A DNA stretch of 64,000 nt, taken from the NCBI RefSeq assembly GCF_030144855.1, contig NW_026781476.1:744001-808000 (forward strand), written 5' to 3'. The DNA is from Hypanus sabinus. Its lineage: Eukaryota. Below the pieces are notes generated by a model that saw nothing but the letters and a program-made list of their open reading frames with translations, did no database searches and was not told the DNA's origin. Both the position numbers and the translations under genes were made by a program. Shown piece by piece: positions 1-12,500 of the stretch. Positions within the stretch are counted from its first letter, which is position 1; the number at the start of each line of letters is the position of its first letter.

Positions 1-295
1 AGGATATTAATAAGGTTGAAAGAGTGCAGAGAAGGTTTACAAGGATGTTGCCAGGACTTGAGAAACTGAGTTACAGAGAAAGGTTGAATAGGGTAGGACT
101 TTATTCTCTGGAGTGTAGGAGAATGAGGGGTGATTTGATAGAGGTGTATAAAATTATGATGGGTACAGATAGAGTGAATGCAAGCAGGCTTTTTCCACTG
201 AGGCTAAGGGAGAAAAAAAACCAGAGGACATGGGTTAAGGGAGAAGGGCGAAAAGTTCAAAGGGAATATTGGAGGTGGGGGCTTCTTCACAACTG
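1..295 (+). mobile_element. CR1-type LINE 3' fragment (C-terminus of ORF2)
   Basis: ORF 24..302 QRRFTRMLPGLEKLSYRERLNRVGLYSLECRRMRGDLIEVYKI is the typical CR1 ORF2 C-terminal motif. Confidence 0.85.
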
Positions 296-422
296 TGTCT
301 GACTGGTACTGGCATAACTGGTTCTTCTGGGCACATTCTGTCTCACTCCCAACTATTTTGTACCTTCCCTTGTACAGGTATGTAATGTCTAAAGGACCAG
401 TGTTTGAGTAAATGAGACTCAC

Positions 423-573
423 CAAACTTTCTCCTGACTGAATCACTGGAATCTCCGAGTCAGATGGGTTCTCTCCAGTCAGTGCTCTCAATCCTCGGGC
501 TGGTTCACTTGTTACTGTTCCCTTGTCTTCAGTCATGCGTTTTCTTCCAATAAATCTCTCACCGCAGGTTTAA
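423..573 (-). other. Putative internal exon of a - strand gene that continues beyond the window start
   Basis: On the - strand: acceptor ttatctttcatgttaaAG, donor gaaagtttg|GTGAGT, and an ATG-initiated frame MTEDKGTVTSEPARGLRALTGENPSDSEIPVIQSGESL. Paralogous exons with the same splice sites lie at 27351-27519 and 55132-55299 (+). Confidence 0.6.
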
Positions 574-1749
574 CTTTAACATGAAAGATAATGAAGCACG
601 TTAACAATGAAAAGGAGGACCAAACATATCTGCTTAATGTTACTAGGAACAAAACTCACTGAAATTTAAATATTGAAGGCAAATATAATGATCTCAGTGA
701 ACAATCTTTTATTGTCCCTCGCATGACACAGACGATACGGGATTAGAAGGATCCATCATCCAGTCATGGTAAGACATACGACACAGGAACAGAATTAGGT
801 GATTCGATCCATCTGGTCTGTCCACCATTCAACCAGGGCTGATTTTTATTCCAACACCATATTCCTGCCTTCCTCCTGTAACCCTGAAGCTACTCAGCAA
901 TCAGCAGTATATTAATCTTCACAAATATACCCAAATGGCAGCCTCAAACAAATTCTACGGCAACAAATTCCAGATATCAGACATCTTTTGGCCAAAAAAT
1001 TTTTCTCATCTCAGTTTTAAAGGGAAGCATCTTTATTCTGAGACTGTGCTGTCAGATCACAGACTCTCTGTCTAATGGAAACATCCTCTCCATGTTCACT
1101 GTATCCAGGCTTTTCAGCATTCGGTAGGTTTACTTAACCATACATCCCTCCACCACCCCCACCGTCCCTCTGAACCCCACTGAGCCCAGGTCCAGAACCG
1201 TCAAATGCTCCTCACACATAAAGCCGATCATTCCTGAGATTATTCATGTGAACCTCATTAGCAACAACTGTACCGGACACATTTCCAGGAATAACAGACA
1301 AATCGGTTCCAGGATAATTTACAGGGAAAAGTTGTGCTTTCTTTACTGTTATACTATCACTCCATTTCCAGGTTAAAACTGGTCCATTTCAGGAAATTTG
1401 TATTACAGATCCTAGGATACAGATCTTGTCTTGCCTATACTGGACCGACCGCCGTCGCTGGGCTATAAACGTGCAGGAGTAATGTGTGGCTCAGTGCCTT
1501 GCTCAATGACACACCACGCTGCGTGGTGCTGAAGCTCGAACCATTCTTCCCCTTGACATCCCAGTCCATCGCTAAAGCAGGCAATGAAATCAAAGATCCC
1601 CACAACCTGGGACGTTCACCTTTCTCACCCACCCCAGTCCGGGAGAAGACACAACAGCCAAAAAGCCCCAGGACAAAAGCGAGGAGCCTCAGGAAGCGAG
1701 GCGAGTTCAGGGAAATTAATGCCTGAACACAGTCAGTGGCCAAAATCAA

Positions 1750-2270
1750 CCACGTGATCTTGCGTCACAAAGCGGAGGGCGGGGCGAATCTGCGGCACAA
1801 GACACAAGTGACCTGTCTGCGAGCCTTCTATTTAAATTCTGCAGAAACAGACAGCCTGGGCTCCTGGTTTGGATCGTTCAATGCAGATTAAGTAAAGTCG
1901 ACACATTTCTGACGAGCCTAGATAGCTGGAAAATAGATGATTAACTGGCCCTCAATTCGGGGCTCACGGCCAACATCAGATCTCCCCGCTCGGGATCGGT
2001 CTCAATACTCACCGATGGGGAAGTTATATCTTCGGCCCGCAGACAGTGATCCCGACAGAAGAGACGAAAGTCTTTCCCGAACACACAGCCGACCCACTTC
2101 AGCTCTGAGCGGAGAGGATAACACCGTCCACCCGGAGACTGTGAACATGCGCGGAGAGATTGTTACATCATCGGGAGGCGGGGCCTCGGAAACAGACGCG
2201 CAGATGCTGCCCATCTGCGGTTAAATGGGAGGGGCAAACGGGATCACGTGTCAGGATTGGCGACACCTCC
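1750..2270 (-). promoter_or_regulatory. CpG-rich promoter / first exon of the - strand gene
   Basis: Local CpG enrichment, GC boxes (ggagggcggggc ~1774, gggaggcggggc ~2173), CCAAT (gattgg ~2255), and a - strand splice donor (actcac at 2007-2012 = GTGAGT). Confidence 0.5.
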
Positions 2271-2642
2271 CCCCTCCCCCAGGCAGAGACTCCAGCTACT
2301 CATTAGTCTGTGGAAAGAAGCAAACTTGCCGCTCACATCTCATCTCGCCTTAAATGTATTAGACATATCAACCCCCAGGAAAAATATATCGTCTGTCCAC
2401 TTTATCTATTCCTCTCGTAATCTTATAAACGTCCATCCAGTCTCACCCCAGCCTGCGCCGCTCTGGAGAAAACAACACAAGTTTGTCCAAACTCTCGTTA
2501 TAGCTCATGCCCTCTAATCCAGGCAGTGTCCTGGTAAACCTCTTCAGCGCCCTGTCCAAAGCCCCGACATCCTTCCGAGAATGGGGGCGACCTGAACTGT
2601 ATGAAACACACCAGATGTGGTCTAACTAGTTTTATAAAACTG

Positions 2643-3223
2643 TGTTACGAACTGAAACGTTTTAGAAACGAACCAGCAGCAATAGAGTTCACACTGGAGT
2701 CTGGTTTTGATGTTAAAATCACTCTTTTTATTAGTATCTACTTATAATAAAGTAACTTAACGAAATAAAGGAACGTTAACAGTGTTAAGTGTATATGTGT
2801 GTAAATGTATTTCCCAGACTATCGAGGCTGAGGAAACAAAGCTTAGAGTCTTTAAATGGTAAAGTAGGAAAATTCAGTAATCTACGGAATAAATGATGGG
2901 AGAGAGATGCTTGTGATCCAGGGTGAAACGTAGAGAAAAGGCCGTTACTTCAAAATAACCGTCGACGAAGTTCTTATCCGTTGAATCTGTCCACGTACGA
3001 GTTATCAGCGAAAGTGACCTGTCACAGGAATACCGTCTTCCAGGGGTTACCACACAACATACCCAGGCAAGGGTTAACACAATATATTCCACAACCCACT
3101 CCTATGGATTATACGAAGTGACAGCCACACACATTCGTTGTGGTTCCGTGTACCGATGATCAACCCACTCTTGTGGGCATAGGAGAGTTCCAAGTCTCAG
3201 CTGCGACTAACTGAAGCGATCAG

Positions 3224-3287
<64 letters not shown>

Positions 3288-3387
3288 GGTTCAGTCCACT
3301 GTCAGCCTGTGACTGACGTCATAGCCCCGCCTCCTCACGCCGGCGCTCTTAAGGAAACAGTCACAGTACGACCGCAGGCTCGTAACA
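2643..3387 (-). mobile_element. Gypsy-type solo LTR
   Basis: Inverted termini TGTTACG...CGTAACA. The left end (ttagaaacgaaccagcagcaa) is the reverse complement of the 3' end of the LTR at 15365-16648. The body aligns with 6520-7192. Confidence 0.8.
3226..3285. repeat. (CT)n microsatellite inside the LTR
   Basis: About 30 uninterrupted CT units. Confidence 0.95.
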
Positions 3388-3879
3388 GCCGCAACACAAC
3401 TTCCCGACTTTTGAACTCAGTGCTTCAACTAATAAAGACAACCACGCCATTTGCCATCTTAACCACCCGATCAATCTGTGCAGTCTCTTTCAGGGAGCGA
3501 TGCACTTGGAGTCTAAGATCCCTCTGATCATCAACACTGTTCAGGGTTTTGCATTTAACAGTGTATTGTCTCATACATTCGACCTACCGAGCTGCCAAGA
3601 TGATCATCACTAATCAAATCTCACTGAGATTTCTCAGGTCCTGTTGAATTTATTGCCAAGTGCACAAGTACGGGAAGGTACAGGAACAGAGAAACACTGA
3701 CTTGTGGCAGCATCACAGGCAAGTACTTTCAGATAACACACGGAACACAAATTATACGATGCTCTGTCAGTAACAATCTCTAAATATGTTTTATGTCATC
3801 AACAATATATAAAATACATTGTGTCATGATCAATATTAAAATGTGCATTTTGTGTCAATAACAGACTTGGAAATGTTGA

Positions 3880-4090
3880 ATTTGTTCCCTGTCTCCATTC
3901 CTCCTGTAATCCACAACCAGCTCCTTTGTTTTTGTTACAATGAGGGAGAGGTTGTTTTCTTGACACCACTGTGTCGGGGTGATGACTTCTTCTCTGTCGG
4001 CTGCCTCGTTATTATTTGGGATCCGGCGGATCAATGTAGTGCCGTCAGCAAATCTAATTAGCAGATTGGAACCCGCCACTGCAGCCCCAC
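3880..4090 (-). mobile_element. Rex1/Babar-like LINE RT fragment
   Basis: ORF 3855..4097 FADGTTLIRRIPNNNEAADREEV...WCQENNLSLIVTKTKELVVDYRR resembles the FADDT...WC..NNL.LN..KTKE.VDFR motif. Confidence 0.75.
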
Positions 4091-4469
4091 AGTGCACTAT
4101 GTACTGATTGCAAAGCTACGAAATTGCATGTGAATAGCCTCCCCTCCCCCAACTCCACTCTTTCTGCGTCACCAGCAGACTGGGGCATCTCACATCTCGC
4201 TGCCTCCGCCAGGACATTAAACTGTGAACAACTGTGGTCAGGGACTGATCTCTGGGGTACTCCAAACGCTACCTCCTTCCAGTCTCAAAACGACCCACTC
4301 ATCCAGACACAGACTACCGGCAGTTTATCATCTCCAACGAAAAAGCCTAATCACCGACTCCCGATGTTCAATACCATTGCTCACTCTGAGTTTACCACCG
4401 TCAAATGCCGGGAGGGACATAATAATCAGAAAGTCTCTAGTCACAGCCGTGTAAATAAAATGTGATCTC

Positions 4470-5460
4470 AGTGGGTGTGTGGCGCATGCTCAGAACGCGA
4501 AGGAGACAGACAAACTGAGCCAAGTCACAGACTGATGAAGGGGAGGAATGATCCATTTTGATACAGAGAGGGAAGCGGAGAGTTTGATATTGTTCCTGAT
4601 GCCGGAACTGTGGACAGTTAAACGACGAAATCTTGTTCCTCTAAATTGTTTTGAGATGTGACAGTGTTTTAATCAGAAGACACCATGGAAACTAAAATTA
4701 TTTCAGTTGAAATGTTGTCTTTCACCCACTGATGTGCTTTGTAAGCTTTTAACAGTGTAGAAAAGGCAAAGGATTTGTCTATGGGACTCACTTACACAAC
4801 AGCTCGTTAGTTCCGCTGTATCTGTCAGTTCACCGGCGCTTGAATGCCGCCGATCCTTGAATGTGGAGGCGGAGATGCTGGAGAAGACAGCGCCCCACTC
4901 GCGACAAGGAGAGCCCGATCACGTGTCCATGTCCGTGATCTGATTGGATACATCGGCATGACGTTATAGCAGTGTGACATCAATCTGGCTCTCATTTAGG
5001 AAGGGATTCAGTCGGCCATCGCAGATACACCAACAGCTTCGCTCTGGGAAGCGGCTGTTCACCTGCTTCGTGTGTGCGAAGAGACTCATTCAGTTAACCC
5101 ACCTTGTGATGCACCGGTGAGTTCACAATAAATAGAGGCCACATTTCTGTCCGGAGTGAGCAAAGAGTTTTACTCAATCATCTCAGCTGCTGCAACACCA
5201 GCAACTTCACATCAGGGAGGAAGTTCAAATCAGCTCCGTGTTAAATGTTTCACCATCACGGTGACTGAAGGCAGCTGCAGGTTCATGAGGGACTGTTACT
5301 GTCAGATTCTGCAGTTCTTGCGGCTGCTCATCGCACCCAGGACTGAACCCTGGTCACTGAGCATTGGAGGAGTCTGTTCTGCTGATGTTAGCCTTAAACT
5401 GGGCTGGTGTTTAATATTGTGGATCTGTGAATGATAAATCAGTTCTGTATCAAATCCCCT
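4470..5460 (+). pseudogene. Decayed C2H2 zinc-finger gene copy
   Basis: NRF1-like gcgcatgc at ~4483. The acceptor region aaatgttgtctttcacccactgatg...ttttaacAG (4755) is homologous to the acceptors of the four intact genes. Finger remnants lie at 4995-5140 (gaagggattcagtcgg, ctgttcacctgc, gagttcac) and the cluster's 3'-UTR-like block at 5320-5460. No intact ORF. Confidence 0.65.
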
Positions 5461-5537
5461 GTCTCGCTTGAGAGGCCACTCGGCCCAGCTGGTCCCTGCC
5501 CATGGTTCTTCAGTATATGAAAATATATCCCTGCCGA

Positions 5538-5811
5538 NNNNNNNNNNNNNNNNNNNNNNNNNNNNNNNNNNNNNNNNNNNNNNNNNNNNNNNNNNNNNNN
5601 NNNNNNNNNNNNNNNNNNNNNNNNNNNNNNNNNNNNNNNNNNNNNNNNNNNNNNNNNNNNNNNNNNNNNNNNNNNNNNNNNNNNNNNNNNNNNNNNNNNN
5701 NNNNNNNNNNNNNNNNNNNNNNNNNNNNNNNNNNNNNNNNNNNNNNNNNNNNNNNNNNNNNNNNNNNNNNNNNNNNNNNNNNNNNNNNNNNNNNNNNNNN
5801 NNNNNNNNNNN
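5538..5811. other. Assembly gap (274 N)
   Basis: Run of N. Confidence 1.
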
Positions 5812-6333
5812 GCTTGTTTACACTTTTACAAGGACACTGTCAGCTTCTGTGTTCTTACAGAGAGAGAAGGGAGGAACTGTTTGATGGACAGCTGGGGCTC
5901 AGCACGGTGAGATAAGTAGGAGGTCCGCTGATAGACCTCCAAACACATGGTTTTGGACACTGAATGAGCTTTGTTGTGTCCACAGAAAAAGGTGGGTTTT
6001 GGAAGATCGATCCGGAGCATCGATCAGTGGCTCTCGCAGTGTGAAAAGGCTGTGACCGGTGGGGAGTTATTCGTGTGTCCATCCCTCGCCTGGGTTAATA
6101 ACTCCACCACAGAAGAACGGTCCCGTTTGTAGTGTCACAGTCGGTGACTTCCAAAGGATTTCGGAGGACGACGGGACTATCGACGGCGTCAGCTTACCTG
6201 AAGACTCAAAACTCTCCTCTCTCTCTCTCCATCACTACTCGACTCAATCCCACGAACTGAACCGAACTTCACTCATCACCGGAAGACGGTATCCATTCAC
6301 CCCGAGGCGTGAAGAAGCTTGGCTTTCCTATTT

Positions 6334-6374
<41 letters not shown>

Positions 6375-6519
6375 ATCATTGCTAACCTGGTTGATATATC
6401 TGCATTTATATTGCTGTATCGCGTAGTTACTAATAAACAGCATTAGTTTACAGCAATACCAGGCTCCACGGTGTTTTCTATTCCTACTGGTTCTTTGACC
6501 CGTCACGGTGTACCTAACA
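5812..6519 (+). mobile_element. Gypsy-type LTR (5' end lost in the gap), nested in another LTR; contains (CA)n at ~6334-6369
   Basis: Ends in ...cctAACA and has AATAAA at ~6432. Shares words with the other LTRs here (gcttgttta, aaggacac, gaactgaaccgaactt). Confidence 0.65.
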
Positions 6520-7192
6520 GTATCTACTCTAAATATAAAAGATTAAATTAAATAAACAGAATTTAACAGTGTTATGCGTATATATAGCTCCGAAACTATC
6601 AAGCTTGAGAAACAATGCTTAAAGTCTTCAGATGGTAAAGTTGAAAAGTTCAATAATCCACGGAATAAGCGAGTGAGAGGAGAGATTTGTAAATCAACAC
6701 GAAAATGTAGAGAAAAGGCAATTACGAAGAATTCCACACACATTCCACGCTGGGTAAACGAAATCACAGTCGCCGAAGATCTTATCCGTCGATTAGTTCC
6801 GAAATCCACTTAGAAATATCACCAGGTGACAGTCACAGGAATATCGTCTTCAAGTGGTTACCACAGAACACCCCGATTCCGGGTAAGGGACAACAAAAGT
6901 GACACCACAGGATACTCCAGCAAATCCACACATATGGATTATACGAAGTGACAGTCACACATCCGTTGTGCACTGCGTGCCGATGATCAGATCAACCCAA
7001 CCTTTTGGGCATGGAAGAGTTGCAGCCTATAGCAGGCACACGCTGAATTTCCAACAACTTGTCTCCCTCTCCCTCTCCCTCTCCCTCTCCCGCTCCCTCA
7101 GGCTGCCGCAGCTTGTGTCTGACGTCACAGCCCCGCCTCACTCAGGCACTTAAAGCGACACTCACAGTAAACGAACCTGTGGTCTCGGAACA
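6520..7192 (-). mobile_element. Gypsy-type LTR, same family as 2643-3387
   Basis: Colinear similarity (atggattatacgaagtgacag, tgacgtcacagccccgcctc) and the terminus gtctcggAACA. A remnant lies at the paralogous site ending 39581. Confidence 0.75.
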
Positions 7193-7779
7193 CAATGCAC
7201 CTCTAAAGTCTGACAGCAGCCAAGCGAGTGAATCTTCGATGGTGCAGAGTCAGAAACAAAAGAGTTGCCAGCCTGAATCAGGGGCTCCAGAGAGAAATGG
7301 GGTCCAGAGGAGGAAGACGAATAAGACCAGCAGGATGTGGTTAAAAGTGAAAGATTAGAAGCATTTGGAAACTGGTTGATCGAAAAAAAAGGTGGTTAAT
7401 TTCAACAAAACACAGGTGGAAATCAACTGATCAGGCAGAAATTTTGGAGAGGAATACATAGAAAACGTTTAGGCAGAGCCCCTTACGCATGCCTAGCCTG
7501 TGTACTCCGCTGCTTAGTTGTCTCTGAATTCAGAGTTCCTCCAGCGTTTTGTGTGTGTGCGTCTCTGTATTTCCAGCAACTGCAGAATCTCCGATGTTTT
7601 ATATCTGCATTTTACATTGGCATTAGATACACGTTGATATTGAGTATATTGTTTATATATGTTTCTATACCCAGGATAAAAAAAAATGAGGTATGGACAT
7701 TGAACCGGTGCTTGCAGAAATTTTTAATGGCACCTTGATTACCCATAGGGTCATGCGTTAAGCATTTCACCGGAGCTGA

Positions 7780-8100
7780 AGCGCCGATTGAAATGCGCAG
7801 GCGTCAGACTGAGGACGTCCCTGAGTTTCACGCATGCGCGCAGTCTACAGAAGGCTTTGAAAATGTCGGTTGCAGGTCGGAGCGATTCTCCGTGTTTTTA
7901 TCTTAAACAGCGACTTCGGGACGATTCTTCTGAAATCCGGACACCGTGATCCGCAATCCCGGGACAGTCCTGTCCTCTTCCCTCTCTCTCAGCCCCACGA
8001 TCCGTACACGGGCGCAGGGGAGCTTCCGGCTACTGAATGAATGGGAACCGAGGGATCACTCAGACAGAGCTGTGCTCCAGCTATCTAAACGCAAGGATTA
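7780..8100 (+). promoter_or_regulatory. Type-A CpG promoter / first exon region of ZNF1
   Basis: CpG-rich, with NRF1-like tgcgcaggcg (~7794) and acgcatgcgcg (~7830). Conserved at 40200-40540 upstream of ZNF3. Confidence 0.6.
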
Positions 8101-8254
8101 GGAACTCGGAGAAAGGGAACAAAATCTTTTACATCAGCAGTTAGTACTCTTTTCCATAGATGCTGCGTGGCCTGCTGAGCTCCTCCAGTATTTTGTGTGT
8201 ATTGCTTCCTCTACCTCCTCTTGCTCTGGACTTTTCTACAGGTGAGAACATGTT

Positions 8255-8860
8255 TTGTCCCATTCTCTCTGGGTACGTAATGACATCAAACACAACATCA
8301 AACCTGGGCAACACGTAGCTTTCACATCACAAATGTGCCAGACTCCAGTGAGACAGAGAACGACCCTTCCGTTCATATTCATTGGCATTGCCATCACTGA
8401 GTTCACCACTGTCAGTCATTGGGGGAGGGTTCAGGGGGAATATTTATGGAGAATACAGAAACTAGTGATGCCTGTTTGCATTTTGGTGATGCAAAAGTTG
8501 CTGGAGAATTTGCAAGTGGGAAGAAGTGGAGTGATATTTGGAAATCTGAATTTTTAAAGCATAATTTAGCAAGCAAACCACATATGGACACTGTACAAAA
8601 GCTTTGGTGAGAAAATCCTCCATTTCCTGTTACAGGCCTGCTACATAGGTTGTGTGAGAGTGCAGATGAACTCGATCAAACCCAGAGGAGATCAAAGTTC
8701 CTATTGACAGTGATTTGCTAGCTGTGAAAATGAATACCTCTCTATATAAAATTCACTGTGCACATCTTGTCACTGGGTAAAAAATGCACAGTACAAGATT
8801 TATCTGCACACTGGTTATTACAAATTAGAGGGGAGCTTACTACAAATTAGAGGGGTATTG
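8255..8860 (+). mobile_element. hAT-like DNA transposon deletion derivative
   Basis: Peptide C..GDAKVAGEFASGKKWSDIWKSEFLKHNLASKPH resembles a hAT/ZNF862-type N-terminal zinc region. A TIR-like end aattagaggg...ttg is clearer in the paralog ending ~41353. Confidence 0.5.
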
Positions 8861-9749
8861 GAGGGAAGGAGGGGAGACCTCCAGTGTCCCTGATACCCTC
8901 ACCTACAAGATGTGCAGCTTGTAACCCTGCACTTCAATGAGCTGCAACTTGAAATGGGTGAATTCCAGATTATCCAGCAGTTGGAGGGGGTGATAGATAT
9001 GACATGAAGAGAGGTGAGTTACTCCCAAGGTGCCGGACACAGGAAACTGGGTGAGAAACAGGAAGGGGAATGAGGTTAAATAGGCATCGCAGAGTACTCT
9101 AGTGGCCATCCCCCACAACAACAGGTGGACCACTTTAGAAGCTGTTGGCGGGAATTAACTGGCAGAGGAAAGTCAAAGGGCTGATAGGGGATTTGTCAGT
9201 TAGAGGAACAGAACAAGAGGGGACGAATATCCTAGTGGTAAGGCTTGCTAGTGGTAGTGAGCAGGGGAGGGGGTTAAATAAAATGTGGTTAAAATAAGTT
9301 GTAGGGGGAATGGGAGCCAGAGTGACAGAACAGATAATGGAGAGGGTGAATTGAATTGACTTTATTAGATACATACTTCATAAACATGAGAAGTAGAAAT
9401 ATTTACCTTACATCTCCATCTAAATGTGCAATGTGTAATTTATAGTAATTTATAATAGATAGTTTGTACATAGGACAGTCAATATAACATTGAAATGCAA
9501 TTGTATCAGCATGAATTAATCAGTCTGATGGCCTGGTGGAAGATGATGTCCCGGGGCCTGTTGCTCCTTTTGCTGTGGTACCGTTTCCTGGATGGTAGCA
9601 TCAGGAACAGTTTGTGGTTGTGGTGAATTGGGCCTGTTTGTCCATGATATTCGTTGGGCCCTTTTTACACACCTGTCTGTGTAAATGTACTGAATCGTGG
9701 AAAGTAGATTGTGCAATGTATAATTTACTTGTTTATATTTAGAGACATT

Positions 9750-12500
9750 TTTTGGTGTATAAAATGATGAGGGGTATTGAGCGTGTGAGTGGCCAGAGGA
9801 ATGTTTTTCCCCAGGGTTGAAATGGTTAATGCTGCTTTTCCACACACCCATAGACCCTTTGTCCATCTCCTGAGTAAATAGAGATGGAAAAATATTTAAG
9901 GTCTTCCCCCATCTGCTTTGGTTCGACACGTGGATTGCCATTCCGGTCTTCCAGAGGACCAACTTTGTGCCTTGCAATCCTTTTGCTCTTAATCTATCAC
10001 CATAATCCCTGAGGATAATCCTTCACCTTTTCTGTGACAGCAACCTCATGCCTTCGTTTAGACATCCTGATTTATTTCTTATGTGTTCTCTTGCATTTCT
10101 TATACTCCATAAGAAACTGACTGCCTATCCCTGTTATGCAATTCCATTTTGTGCTTTACCAGGGTCTCAATATCTCTTGCAATCCGAGTTTCCCTGCAGT
10201 TTCTATCTTTACCTTTTATTCTGACATACCCACTTACTACTTTCAAAATTTCGCTTTGAAGGCCTCCCATTTACAAAACACACCTTTGCCAAAAGGCAGC
10301 CTGTCCCAATCCACAGTTGCCAGATCCTAGTGTTGATTCCAGGTGTTGATCCATGCCCTGAACTCATCCACCTTTCCTACGCTGCTCCTTGTATTGAAAT
10401 ATACAGGGCTCAGCATATTCACTGCACCACGCTCAACTTTTTCATTCCTGACTTTGCCTGAGGCCTGAACAACATCTGTCTCCAAAAACTCTCCACTATC
10501 TGTTCTGTTATTCAGGCTCCCATTCCCCCTGCAACTTTAGTTTAACCCTCCTTACCCCCACCTCCCACCATGCAGATCTATCACCCCTTTGGCTTTCCTC
10601 TGCCAGATCAATAAAAAGGAGGTGCATACCAGGTACAGGCAGATAGGAACAAATGGGGTACTTATGAAATACAGGAAATTCAAGTGAACACTCATGAAAG
10701 AAATAAAAGAAGGCATGATGTTGCCCCAGCAGACAAGGTGAAGGAGAATCCTCAGGGATTCTGCAGATATGTTAAGAGCAAAAAGTTTGCAAGGGAAAAA
10801 ATTAATTCTCTGGAAGATCAGAATGGTAATCCATATGAAGGGATAACATAGACTTGGGGAGATTTTTTTTTGCATCCGTATTTACTCAGGAGATGAACAC
10901 CGAGTCTAGAGAAGTGAGGCAAAGCCGCATCAACTTCATGGACCCTGTACAGATTACAGAGGTGGAGGGGTTTGAGGCAAATTAGTGTGGATCAATCCCC
11001 AGGGCCTGACAAGTTGTTCACTAGGACCCTGCAGAAGACAAGTGCAGAAATTATCGGGGCCTTAGCACAGGTATTTAAATCATCCTTAGTGACAGGTGAG
11101 GTACTGGAGGATTGGAGGACCGACAATGTTGTTCTGCTGTTCAAGAAAGGCTGTAAAAATAAACTAGGAAATAATACGTTGGTGAGCTTGACATCAGAAC
11201 TGGGAAAGTTATTGGAATGTGTGCAGGAACCAGGTATATACTCTAAGTATTTGGATAGGTGTGGACTGGTAAAGGATAGACAGCATGGCTCTAGCCAATC
11301 TTATAGAGTATCTCAAGGAAGTTATCAGGAAAGTGGATGAAGGCAAGGCAGTGGATGTTGTCTACATGGACGTTAGCAAGGCACTTGACAAAGTCTCATA
11401 TGGGAGGTTGGTCAAGAAGGTTCAGTCTCTCAGCATTCAAGATGAGACAGTAAATTGGATGAGACACTGTCTTTGGGAGAAGCCAGAGTGTGGTAGCAGA
11501 TGGTTGCCTCTCTGACTGGAGACCTCTGACCAGTGGTTACCACAGTGATCAGTGCTGGATCTGTTGTTGTTTATCATCTATATCAGTAATCTGGATGATA
11601 GTGTGGTTAACTGGATCAGCAAATTTGTGGGTGACAACAAGACTGGGGGTTTAGCGGACTGCGAGAAGACTATCATGGATTGCAGTGTCATCTGGACCAG
11701 GTGGGAAAATGGTTTGAGAAATGGAAAACGGAATTTAATGCAGACCAGTGTGAGTTTTTGCACTTTGGTCTGACCTACCAAGGGAGGTCTTTCACAGTGA
11801 CTGGTCGGACACGGAGGAGTGTTGTAGAAGAAAGGGACCTGGGAATACAAGTCCTTAATTCACTGAAAGTGGTATCACAGGTAGATAGGGATGGAAAGAA
11901 TGATTTCAGTCCATTGCCCTTCATGAATCAAAGTACTGATAACAATAGATGGATGGTATGTTGACTTCTAGAAGACATTGGTGAGGCCTAATTTGAAGTA
12001 TTGTGTGCAGTTTTGGTCACCCACCTACAGGAAAGATGTAAAAGAAGTTCAGAGATTTCAGAGAAATTTCACAAGGATGTTGCCATGTCTGGAGGACTTG
12101 GGTTAAAGAAAATATTGAACAAATCCGGACTTTATTCCTTGGAATGCAGATGATTGAGGGGAGATTTGATTGTGATAGAGAGGCACAGATAGTGTTAATG
12201 CAAGCTGGCTTTTTCCATGAAGATTGGGTGGGACAACAACCAGAGACCATGGGTTCAGGGTGAAAGGTGAAATGTTAAGGGGAACATGAGGGGAAACTTC
12301 TTCACACAGACGGTCATCCGGCTGTGGAATGAGCAGCCAGCACAAGTGGTGCATGCGAGCTCCATTTCAATATTTAAGAGGTTTGTGTAGGTACCTGGAT
12401 GGTAGAGGTGTGGGAGTGGGCTGTTTAAATAGTTCAGCACAAACTAGATGGCCCAAAGTGTCTGTTTCTGTGTTCAATTTTTTTATGATTGTGACAAGAA
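9750..12500. mobile_element. Rearranged CR1 fragments in the ZNF1 intron (- strand to ~10560, + strand 10600-12500)
   Basis: Frameshifted RT motifs: DQSPGPD, EDWRTDNVVLLFKKG, KAVDVVYMDVSKALDKV, ISKFVGD. The + piece aligns with 61105-62710. Confidence 0.85.

Larger units (their letters stand above)
2290..3590 (-). mobile_element. Old CR1 3' fragment split by a solo LTR
   Basis: CR1 reverse-strand signature (ctctaatccaggcagtgtcctggtaaacctc) continues across the LTR: ttataaaactg | gccgcaacacaac. Confidence 0.65.

Noticed and set aside
5468-5915. ORFs spanning the N run
   Set aside because: Artefacts of the assembly gap.
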